From: a virus
Taxonomy: Duplodnaviria > Caudoviricetes
Reading direction: 5' to 3' (one strand)
DNA length: 64,000 bases
Virus record (IMG/VR): IMGVR_UViG_2030936005_000025
Location: 200,204 to 264,203 of that record
How positions within the stretch are numbered: position 1 is the first letter of the stretch; each line of letters begins with the position of its first letter. The notes beneath the pieces were generated by a model, which did not search any database, was not told the origin of the DNA, and saw nothing but the letters and a program-made list of their open reading frames with translations. A program made the position numbers and the translations under genes. Positions 5,442 to 13,991 of this stretch are shown here, in pieces.

Positions 5442-6913
5442 TGTCTGCATTTCCAAAAGAACCCTCGTTGCTGTCGAGCAACATATATACTGGTCTCCAT
5501 CTCGCTGATCAAGAAGAACACGCCCTTTCTGATCAAGAGCTTCGTGAGCTTATTAATGGATTCGAATCCCGCTCTGAACCCCACACGTTATTTGGTCCGG
5601 TATTAAAAGCCAACCTTTATGGCGGCTTGGAATCCTACCTGAATAATAACGAATACGTTGCCGGGATGGAAGCCCTATCCCCTAACTTTAACTACAATCG
5701 TGATGACGCAGTTAAAGATGTATTCGATGGGTTAGTGGACGATCTCGTTATTAACCAACGTTGGGTATCTACCTTACGTCGTTATGTCTATGGTTTTGCG
5801 ACCAAGGACAATGATCACACTGAGTTCTTTGGTTCTCCTTATTTAGGGACACACCGTGTCCTGTTTAAGACCTCAGACCGTGTAACCTTCTTCCGTGATA
5901 TCATTGATGTGGATGAAGTGCGTTTGCGTGATGAGTTGATCAAAACCAAATGGATCAACAAAGACTTCAAAGTGTCATCAGAAGCTTTCAACTTGTCGAT
6001 CATTTATTTGATGTACCGCACCTACAATTCCGATCTGCCAAAGAACGTGAAAGAAGATGCACTGATCAACCTGGTGATGTTGTTCCACTACCGTATCATG
6101 ACCTCGATCATGAACCACTATTTTGGTTATCTGGTTAAACCGAGCGTGGCTATTACGGCGTATAACAAGCTCTCCTTGAAGTTCGATATCAAGAAGTACG
6201 GTTCATGGACTGATCTGTTTAAAGCCCGTGGTGAGTTTATCATTGATCCTCGTACCGGTATTCACTTTGATGCTTTCACAAAGATGGATAATGACAAGAA
6301 GATCGTTTACATGGTGAACGACATGGAGTCTCGTCTTAAAGGTGTGGTGAATGATTACACCAAAGTCCTGTATGAGATCAAAGACTCAGCAGACTTAGTT
6401 GAGACAGATTCTGGCTTGGCAGTCATGGAAGGTGAACTGAATATCAAAGATGTTCAGAAGCGAGAAACCAAATATAAGAATTATATCGCCAACGTCTTAA
6501 TGGACTCGAATAGTTTTTATAAACAGGAACTCGCAACTTATGCTGCTAAAGCAATTCCCCGTACTGACGAAGATAAACTGGAAATGATTCTCCGGGACTT
6601 CCCAAGTCAGTATGCCCACGCTAAAGGTGAGAAGTATCGGGAGTTTGTTGACGACTGCACAACCCACTTGTTCGAATATATCGCAACCAATGCGATTCGA
6701 CATCAAGACCTGAAGAACGTGTTCTTTAAGTTACGTGGTGCTTACACCTCAAACAAATCTTCCAATGCGCTACTCCTGAAGCTCAGAACCAACGGTGACG
6801 AGCTTGTTAAAGCCATGACCGGTATTAAGACGGAAATCAAAATAACGTCTCTACGTACCAGCCTGATGCTTTACATCGTTCTCCGTACTCTTGTTATGGA
6901 GTCAATGACCTAA
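5441..6913 (+). CDS. Conserved jumbo-phage hypothetical protein
   Basis: 490-aa ORF coupled to both neighbours. Confidence 0.8.
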   Translation: MSAFPKEPSLLSSNIYTGLHLADQEEHALSDQELRELINGFESRSEPHTLFGPVLKANLYGGLESYLNNNEYVAGMEALSPNFNYNRDDAVKDVFDGLVDDLVINQRWVSTLRRYVYGFATKDNDHTEFFGSPYLGTHRVLFKTSDRVTFFRDIIDVDEVRLRDELIKTKWINKDFKVSSEAFNLSIIYLMYRTYNSDLPKNVKEDALINLVMLFHYRIMTSIMNHYFGYLVKPSVAITAYNKLSLKFDIKKYGSWTDLFKARGEFIIDPRTGIHFDAFTKMDNDKKIVYMVNDMESRLKGVVNDYTKVLYEIKDSADLVETDSGLAVMEGELNIKDVQKRETKYKNYIANVLMDSNSFYKQELATYAAKAIPRTDEDKLEMILRDFPSQYAHAKGEKYREFVDDCTTHLFEYIATNAIRHQDLKNVFFKLRGAYTSNKSSNALLLKLRTNGDELVKAMTGIKTEIKITSLRTSLMLYIVLRTLVMESMT

Positions 6914-6914
6914 C

Positions 6915-7538
6915 ATGCCATACATTGTGTTTGAAGGACCAGACTTTGCCGGTAAATCAACGTTAACCAAAAAGGTTGCTGACCGTCTGGGCTATCGCTT
7001 GGTTGCTGAACCCTTTACTGAATCGGATAACGCCAAAGAAGTAAAGAAAGCAATCATCAACAATACTTTCAATAAAGAAACAGAAATCTTCTTATTGGCA
7101 GCTAATCGCCTGGAAGCTTTCCGTGATGTCATCACACCTGCTCGTCACGCTACAGGTGTTATCGGTGATCGTTCAGTTGTCAGTACGATGGTGTATCAGT
7201 CTGAAAGAAACGGAACCTGGCGTCAGTTACCCATTCTTGATTTCATGCAGAAAACCCTGCAACAAGAGTGGCACGATATCTACCCTGAACATCTGTTCTT
7301 CCTGGATATCGATCATGACACGTATCTGGAGCGCTTAGCCAATTCGGGTCGTGTGGCTGATGAGAAAGAAAAGGCATTGATGGATCCAGAAAACTGGATG
7401 CGTCTTAAGGAAGATTATCTTTCTGCTCTTGAGTGGATCTCTTTCCGTAAACCGGAAATCAAGATTCATTTCATCACACCAGAGACCACGGTTGAAGAGA
7501 TTGTTTCATTGATCGATCCAACGGTTGCTGTGATCTAA
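6915..7538 (+). CDS. tmk: Thymidylate (dTMP) kinase
   Basis: IVFEGPDFAGKST P-loop; EP motif; LLAANRLE; GDRSVVSTMVYQ; FFLDID. Confidence 0.93.
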   Translation: MPYIVFEGPDFAGKSTLTKKVADRLGYRLVAEPFTESDNAKEVKKAIINNTFNKETEIFLLAANRLEAFRDVITPARHATGVIGDRSVVSTMVYQSERNGTWRQLPILDFMQKTLQQEWHDIYPEHLFFLDIDHDTYLERLANSGRVADEKEKALMDPENWMRLKEDYLSALEWISFRKPEIKIHFITPETTVEEIVSLIDPTVAVI

Positions 7539-7587
7539 AAAAAAATAAATGATTAAGACCCTCTACTCTCCGTTAGGAGAGTAGAGG
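7537..7587 (-). terminator. Hairpin terminator with displaced T9 tract
   Basis: Stem 7560-7571/7576-7587 is an exact inverted copy of 3978-4005; A9 at 7537-7545. Confidence 0.7.
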
Positions 7588-7593
7588 CGATCT

Positions 7594-7938
7594 TTATTTG
7601 CTCATGCGTGTTGCAATCATGCCGTTTTCAAACAGCGTCCCAACAAACAGCTCACCTTTTTCAAAAAAGTTATAAAGGTTATCTTTGGTGATGGGAAGTT
7701 TGGTATTAACCAAGTTAATAGTTGTGTAGAACCCACAACTGTTTTCAAAGTAGTTAAAGCGGACTTTGATCAACTGATCAAAAGCCATACCTGAGATCCA
7801 AGCAGAACCGTTCAAATAACCCACGGTAAGGATCAGGTCTTTATCGGTAATTTTACGGCTTGCGATATAGTTATCAGTATCCAGCCGTGATTCAGGTTTG
7901 ACAATAAATTCAAGAAACTTTTTCAGTTCAGCATTCAT
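7594..7938 (-). CDS. Hypothetical protein
   Basis: 114-aa ORF in a leftward three-gene cassette. Confidence 0.75.
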   Translation of the reverse strand: MNAELKKFLEFIVKPESRLDTDNYIASRKITDKDLILTVGYLNGSAWISGMAFDQLIKVRFNYFENSCGFYTTINLVNTKLPITKDNLYNFFEKGELFVGTLFENGMIATRMSK

Positions 7939-7974
7939 AAATATTTTCTCTAAGGTTAAAATGGTTTAAATGGA

Positions 7975-8400
7975 TTAGTGAATACGCATTGCTTCTGGTT
8001 TGGTGAGGTACTGAATGATATCTTCAAACTCTGGAGAGAAGATAACCGCATTAGCCAGTAAACCAGTATGGTTCAAACGACGACGGATTAAACCAGACAT
8101 TGACTCGTCACCATCGTGACGGTATGCATGAACAAATGCTTCAGCGATCAAAGGAAGATCGGTTTCGCGAGTATTACGTTTGACAATGAAGTCAGCTTTG
8201 TCATACACAGCAATTGCAACGAAGGCAACTGCCATTTCAAAAGTACCGGCTTCGAAAGTAATACCTTTAACAACCTTCTGGAAATTCTCAACGTCTTTGT
8301 CAGACAGTTCCAGAGCGTTATGACCGGTTAATGTACGCAGTGAACTTTGGAGATGTGCTTTCATTATTTCTTTTACCTTAATTAGCAGAGTTTTTCTCAA
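7975..8400 (-). CDS. Hypothetical protein (true start may be about 11 codons downstream)
   Basis: 141-aa ORF; AAGG precedes the internal MKAHLQ. Confidence 0.75.
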   Translation of the reverse strand: MRKTLLIKVKEIMKAHLQSSLRTLTGHNALELSDKDVENFQKVVKGITFEAGTFEMAVAFVAIAVYDKADFIVKRNTRETDLPLIAEAFVHAYRHDGDESMSGLIRRRLNHTGLLANAVIFSPEFEDIIQYLTKPEAMRIH

Positions 8401-9061
8401 CGCAGATATTATAAGCTACCGCTTCGGCTGCATCGATAATGGACTGATCAACCGGTATTTGTTGATAGAGTCTTTGAACATCCAATACGATAACTTTCAG
8501 ATTACCGTCATGCCAGCCCCAGGATTTTACACCATGGGTCTTCTCGAGTACTGCTGAAACTTCAACAGAGCAACGATCGTTACTAACTTTAGTTTGAACA
8601 ACCCATTTGGGTTTATCCGCGACCACTTTGTTATGACACGGATTATATTTAGAATCAATAATACGGCCACTTGCATTTTTGATAATCAGTGAGAAATGAT
8701 CTGTTTTCTCAGTAAGGATATCGAACACTTCTTTTCTGTAGACCTTATCCTGTAAGTAAACCTTGATCATATCCGAATAGGTCAACTCAACATTGTTTAA
8801 ATTGCCTGACTTAATAACCGCATCGCTAATACCCGTCAGCGCTTTAGCTGTGGTTATAATTTGATCTTTAGGGAAATAACCATACCTTATGCTAAACAGT
8901 TCATCTAACTCTTGGAACCAACAGAGAAAGATAGCACCCATGATATCATCGCTTTGATATTCATTATCAGCAATGAATGCCTCTAATCGGGAAACTTGTT
9001 CAGCATCTGCATGATAACGACCATCAGTAATAATAGCCATGTGTTTTAAAAGATTTGACAT
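8378..9061 (-). CDS. Hypothetical protein
   Basis: 227-aa ORF; GAGG site; promoter motif upstream. Confidence 0.8.
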   Translation of the reverse strand: MSNLLKHMAIITDGRYHADAEQVSRLEAFIADNEYQSDDIMGAIFLCWFQELDELFSIRYGYFPKDQIITTAKALTGISDAVIKSGNLNNVELTYSDMIKVYLQDKVYRKEVFDILTEKTDHFSLIIKNASGRIIDSKYNPCHNKVVADKPKWVVQTKVSNDRCSVEVSAVLEKTHGVKSWGWHDGNLKVIVLDVQRLYQQIPVDQSIIDAAEAVAYNICVEKNSAN

Positions 9062-9102
9062 GATGAACCTCTTGATTAAATTAGTTTAAGTTATACATGT
9101 AG

Positions 9103-9117
9103 ATGATATAGGTCTGA
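9103..9117 (-). promoter_or_regulatory. Phage early-type promoter
   Basis: Minus strand reads TCA-GACC-TATATCAT. Confidence 0.7.
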
Positions 9118-9200
9118 TTTACAATGCAACTAAACTATCCTTTGTAACGCGCTGTAATGCGCTCTAAGCATATGTTTGCACCAACGAAGGTGATTGCCCT

Positions 9201-11522
9201 ATGAGTCAGTTAGAAAGAGCCAAACAGGTTCTGGAGCATCTTGGGTTGAAGTACTCAAGCCTTCCTGAATACTTGATGGATGACAAGAATAAACGTACCA
9301 AGTTAGAAGACGAAGACGATCGTGTTCTGGCTCACTTTCAAGAAGACACACTCTGGACATTAAAAACTGTCCGGTTCTTGAAAGACTTCCAACGTTATAA
9401 TGCCGGTGTTCATATTAACACCTCGAACAAATCGTTCAAACGTACGGCTGAGTTATTTAAGTCAATGGGGGTGAAGAACTACTTCTTCATGCTTCAACTT
9501 AATAACCCCATGCTTCAAGACATTGATCCCTGGGATCCAAACCTGGATGACGTCACTAAAGCAATGATCCATGCTGAGTGTAATGAAAACATTTGGTACA
9601 TCATCCGTGAAGTGGTGATGATCGGTGGTCGCCGCTTCAGAGGGAACCGTGCGGTTGTCTCCTTTATCTGGGCATGCTTGTGTCATATCCCGACAACGAT
9701 ACTGATGCCTCGTCAGTCAGGTAAAACAGTTGGGATGCAGGTACTGGCCTTTATCATGCAGTACTTCGTGGGACGTGGTTACCGTACCGGGTTAATTACC
9801 CTGGCTGCTTCTAACCGAATGCAGTTCATTGAAGCCATTAAGAAGATACGAGCCGGTCTGCCCGATTACCTTATTAATGTCACTTATAAAGATAAGGATG
9901 CTGGTAACGTACTTTCTTATGAAGCGTTCGGCGTAGAGTATAAGAACACCTTTGAGGTTCGTGTTCCTTCCGGTGGTCGTGACGGCGCAGAGAACGTCTC
10001 TCGTGGTGCTACACTTGAAGCACTCTTGTATGACGAACCGGCATGGACCAAGTTCATTGAAGAGATCATTAACGGTTCGGGTCCTGCGACCCTGACTGCT
10101 CAGAAAGAAGCACGTGAGAAAGGCATCCCTTACTTCACGGCCAAAGCAACTACACCAAACTCGATTCTGAAAGAAGAAGGTGCTTACATGCACAAAGACT
10201 TCATGGAATCAACCGAGTGGCGTGAAGCGTTCTTTGACAGCTTCTCTGAATCTCATCTGGTACACCGTTTAATTAAAGCAGCACCGGTTAATACCACTTC
10301 TCCAAAAATCGGCATGATGTTTACACACCTGCAGTTAGGTCTGGGACATGGTTGGGTTAAAGAGACAATGGATAAACTGGGTCTGTCTTGGTCTAAGGCT
10401 AAGATTGACTTGCTGATGATGTGGACGGAAGAAGGTGAGAGTAAACTCTTTGATGACTTCACTCGTGAAAAGCTTGCAGAAAGTAAGCAAGATCCAGAGT
10501 GGAATGAAGAAGTGCTTGATACCGGACTGTTTATTGACTGGTTCGTAAGCAAAGAAGGACTGGATGCGTACAGTGAAGATCCTGATGAATTCATTCTGTT
10601 CGGTATGGATACCTCAGATGCAAACAACCGAGATGCGATGACACTGGTTGCACGTCGAATGAAATCAGGTGAGAACCTGGGAGTTGGTCGCTACCCATTG
10701 GCGTTTGCCGATGACGTAACAGAGGTCTTAAAAGAACTCTTAATTCGTATTCCCAATAGTCTCCTGATCATTGAACGTAACCGTGCAGCTCACATGATCG
10801 AGCGTCTGCTTCTGACTTTACCTGCCTACGGGATTGATCCATTCAAACGTATCTTTAACGATATTATTCAGGATCCAATCAAGTACAAAAGTGAATACCG
10901 TGATGTGATGGAGATTCACTTTAAACATCGCAGTAAAGAGTTCTATCTGAAATACAAACGTCACTTTGGTTTCTATACCGGACCACAAACTCGTCGTGAG
11001 ATGTACGGCTTTATTCATGAGGCTGTTTCATTAACAGGAGCAGGTATTCGTTACAAACTCCTGGTTGATGAGTTGATTGGTTTGGAAGTAAACTCTGACG
11101 GTCGTATTGACCACGGTAACAAGACTCACGATGACTTGGTGGTTGCGTGGCTGTTGACTTACTGGTTTATCAAACTTGGTTATAATAAGTCGTTCTACGG
11201 CATTCCTCAGGGAATGACCATGACACAGATCATAACCTTGAAAGATAATGGTGACACACCACAGTACACCCGCCAACAGTTGGAGTTCTTCATTAAGGTC
11301 AAGGCACGTATCAACGACCTGACCAAAGAACTCATGACGGCTACTAATAACATGATCGCTGAACGTATTGAGATGGAAGTCCGTAAGCTCTCGGAATTGA
11401 TTCCTAAAGAGATGAAGAAAACTATTACAATCGACAGCATCATTGAGGAAGCGAAGACAGAGCGTTCTAAACGTATCGTGGCTAAGCGTTCTCGATTTAG
11501 TAGCACTATGCGTCGTTACTAA
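9201..11522 (+). CDS. terL: Terminase large subunit (phiKZ gp25-like)
   Basis: MPRQSGKT Walker A; LYDE Walker B; GMDTSD and HDDLVVAWLL nuclease motifs; synteny with the sheath and tube genes. Confidence 0.95.
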   Translation: MSQLERAKQVLEHLGLKYSSLPEYLMDDKNKRTKLEDEDDRVLAHFQEDTLWTLKTVRFLKDFQRYNAGVHINTSNKSFKRTAELFKSMGVKNYFFMLQLNNPMLQDIDPWDPNLDDVTKAMIHAECNENIWYIIREVVMIGGRRFRGNRAVVSFIWACLCHIPTTILMPRQSGKTVGMQVLAFIMQYFVGRGYRTGLITLAASNRMQFIEAIKKIRAGLPDYLINVTYKDKDAGNVLSYEAFGVEYKNTFEVRVPSGGRDGAENVSRGATLEALLYDEPAWTKFIEEIINGSGPATLTAQKEAREKGIPYFTAKATTPNSILKEEGAYMHKDFMESTEWREAFFDSFSESHLVHRLIKAAPVNTTSPKIGMMFTHLQLGLGHGWVKETMDKLGLSWSKAKIDLLMMWTEEGESKLFDDFTREKLAESKQDPEWNEEVLDTGLFIDWFVSKEGLDAYSEDPDEFILFGMDTSDANNRDAMTLVARRMKSGENLGVGRYPLAFADDVTEVLKELLIRIPNSLLIIERNRAAHMIERLLLTLPAYGIDPFKRIFNDIIQDPIKYKSEYRDVMEIHFKHRSKEFYLKYKRHFGFYTGPQTRREMYGFIHEAVSLTGAGIRYKLLVDELIGLEVNSDGRIDHGNKTHDDLVVAWLLTYWFIKLGYNKSFYGIPQGMTMTQIITLKDNGDTPQYTRQQLEFFIKVKARINDLTKELMTATNNMIAERIEMEVRKLSELIPKEMKKTITIDSIIEEAKTERSKRIVAKRSRFSSTMRRY

Positions 11523-11571
11523 AAAAAAATAATGAAGATAATGAACCCCTACTCGTGAGAGTAGGGGTTCA
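11521..11571 (-). terminator. Hairpin terminator with displaced T9 tract
   Basis: 13-bp stem TGAACCCCTACTC-GTGA-GAGTAGGGGTTCA; A9 at 11521-11529. Confidence 0.7.
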
Positions 11572-11574
11572 GTC

Positions 11575-12126
11575 TTATGGAATGGTGATCGACATGCCAT
11601 TGGTTAGATAGGTGTCTTTTAACACTTTCAAGAGAACCTCAGTCAGCGCATCTTCGTATCCAGAAGAATGCGGCGCAGAGTAAGCCAGTTTATTGTTTTG
11701 ATAAATATCAATAAACTTCATGCTGCCGTTCTTAGTTTCTACCGTGGTGACAGTACCATATAAACCACCGGTGAATAACGAAGTAGTGAATCGATGATCA
11801 CGAATAGTATCAAGAATAGAACCCACTTCACTTCTGATAGAGCTTTCGATATATTTACGAGCGCCCTTGATGAGTTTTTCAGTAATGACGTGGATCGGTT
11901 CATGTAAGACTTGATCATGTCCCAGTAACAGTTCTACCCTGCAAATTTCTTCACCCTCAATGGTGATGGAATAAGAGGTGTCCCCCGTAGCTGATAAACG
12001 AATTGCTTCAACGTTATTCTCTTTCCAGAGATCGATGTAATAAGGAATGTTATCCTTACTAACTGACTTCATGGCTTCTGAAAACTTGGTAGCGATGGTG
12101 TTGAAATTTTGTTTGGTAGCGAGCAT
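11575..12126 (-). CDS. Hypothetical protein (single-gene early cassette)
   Basis: 183-aa ORF between the promoter motif and a terminator. Confidence 0.8.
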   Translation of the reverse strand: MLATKQNFNTIATKFSEAMKSVSKDNIPYYIDLWKENNVEAIRLSATGDTSYSITIEGEEICRVELLLGHDQVLHEPIHVITEKLIKGARKYIESSIRSEVGSILDTIRDHRFTTSLFTGGLYGTVTTVETKNGSMKFIDIYQNNKLAYSAPHSSGYEDALTEVLLKVLKDTYLTNGMSITIP

Positions 12127-12166
12127 AACTAAGGTCCTATTAAATTAAGCGTTGGTTAACACTTAG

Positions 12167-12181
12167 ATAATATAGACTTGA
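12167..12181 (-). promoter_or_regulatory. Phage early-type promoter
   Basis: Minus strand reads TCA-AGTC-TATATTAT. Confidence 0.7.
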
Positions 12182-12183
12182 AT

Positions 12184-12227
12184 AAAAATAGAAACATAAC
12201 TCTACTCTCCCTTTCGGAAGAGTAGAG
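12184..12227 (-). terminator. Hairpin terminator
   Basis: CTCTACTCT/AGAGTAGAG stem at 12200-12227; A5 11 nt away. Confidence 0.6.
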
Positions 12228-12236
12228 ACTATGAAG

Positions 12237-13991
12237 TTATGCAGAAGGTGGAGCACTGATTTGTGTACAGATCGCAGCAGAAACACCCAGCTGCAATTCA
12301 TTACCATCAGCTTCACGCAATACCCAACGAATGTACAGCGTGGTTCCTACACTCAATGCAATACTGGAGATTGGAAGTTGGTTAAATGCAGCAACCGGAA
12401 TAGCGCTGCTGTATGTACCGTCTTCACGAACCAGATCGAAGTGAGTAGGTGTCGGTGCAGTGACTTCTGTACGAGGGTCGTACATCGGATCAAATGCCCA
12501 GTAACCTGCTTTAAGGAACTCATCAACGGTTGTAACGTTGGCGAAGCGTGCCGGATTACCGCCACCGGTTTGTGTCCAGAATTCAACCACCATATTCGGG
12601 AAGCCCGGTGAGTTGTAATCATGACGCACATTCCATTTACGTCCTACCGCGGTCGGTGGATTGAACAGTGTGATCGTACTGTACTGAATGAATGCCCACG
12701 GTTCATAGATAGCAGAGACGTCACGCATGTTCAGGTTGAAGATCATCGGCTGTTCTTGACCGTACAACTGACCCTGGAACACCGGAGACGAATCATTCAG
12801 TGTAACTTTGTCAGTAACGTCACGGCAATACTTACGATCCAAGTCAGTTAACCAGTGTTTCAGTTTCCAACCTGTCTGTGCATCCCAATAAGGATACGTG
12901 TAAATACGCGGACTGTACGCACCCTGAGCCGGCGTTGCCACAATCTCATAGAGATTAGACATGTGACGCGGCGCACCCGGTTGAGCGATACTGGCTTGTT
13001 CACCTTCACTGAAGAAGTACGTCAACACAACTGCATCAGAGATCTGACCTGGTGTAGTTGGTTTGTACTGGTTAATACCATCAAGACGGAATCCATTATC
13101 TCCATTGAAGGAGTTAACCGGCATCTCAACAGAACTACCGTCGCTGTAGTGAACCAACGCACGGAACTCAACAGCACTCAGTGGCAAGTTCACCGGAATA
13201 AACATGGTGTTTGGCTTGGTGCTGTTTGTGAACCACGGAGACAACAGTTCGATAGATTCGATATAACGAACGTCCAACTGATGATCACGCAGATACGCAC
13301 AATGTTGAACCACCAACGGATATGTCGGAGGAATTGGACGACCAGCCTGATCGTAGTACACCAGAGTACAGCGAGTACCATTTGGCAGCGCAGCTTCGTT
13401 CTGAGTGACACTGAAGCTGTTACATCCCATCACCACGTTGTTCTGTAAGTTGTCATAGACAACCGGTGAAACACCGATCTGGTTATTCACCAAGTCCTGA
13501 CCAGAATACGTCGCTGAGATGATTTCGCCTTTCTCAGAAATGATCGCACCTTTATAGATCATGGCATACGCAGCGTTAGGTGCCACCGCATTCGCATCCA
13601 CACGCGCTACAGCAGGACGAGTAGAGAAGTCGATAGCCAGAGCTAACTCTCCCTGCAAGAAGCCGTATTCGTGTTGTGGGAACAAATCGTAATCAGAGAC
13701 ATCTTTCTCTGGCAACCAGAAGTAGTTCTCAAACGTACTTTTCCATGTGTTATATTTATCCACATGGGTGACAATCAACATCCGGTTATCAGGAACATCT
13801 ACAACCAACTCACCCTCAAGAGGAATGATGTATTTGGCCATGTCTGATACTGGATGAATGTCGGGATCATAAATCTGGCTGAGATACCAGATTCGTTTTA
13901 AATCACCTTCGTTACGTTCTTGGGGATTGTTCCCAGGAACCACGCCGGTGGTATCGGCGGTTGTAAGCGCCTTCCCATCAAACATACTCAT
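12237..13991 (-). CDS. Virion structural protein (phiKZ gp26-like, by synteny)
   Basis: 584 aa; position between terL and the sheath gene as in phiKZ-like phages. Confidence 0.75.
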   Translation of the reverse strand: MSMFDGKALTTADTTGVVPGNNPQERNEGDLKRIWYLSQIYDPDIHPVSDMAKYIIPLEGELVVDVPDNRMLIVTHVDKYNTWKSTFENYFWLPEKDVSDYDLFPQHEYGFLQGELALAIDFSTRPAVARVDANAVAPNAAYAMIYKGAIISEKGEIISATYSGQDLVNNQIGVSPVVYDNLQNNVVMGCNSFSVTQNEAALPNGTRCTLVYYDQAGRPIPPTYPLVVQHCAYLRDHQLDVRYIESIELLSPWFTNSTKPNTMFIPVNLPLSAVEFRALVHYSDGSSVEMPVNSFNGDNGFRLDGINQYKPTTPGQISDAVVLTYFFSEGEQASIAQPGAPRHMSNLYEIVATPAQGAYSPRIYTYPYWDAQTGWKLKHWLTDLDRKYCRDVTDKVTLNDSSPVFQGQLYGQEQPMIFNLNMRDVSAIYEPWAFIQYSTITLFNPPTAVGRKWNVRHDYNSPGFPNMVVEFWTQTGGGNPARFANVTTVDEFLKAGYWAFDPMYDPRTEVTAPTPTHFDLVREDGTYSSAIPVAAFNQLPISSIALSVGTTLYIRWVLREADGNELQLGVSAAICTQISAPPSA

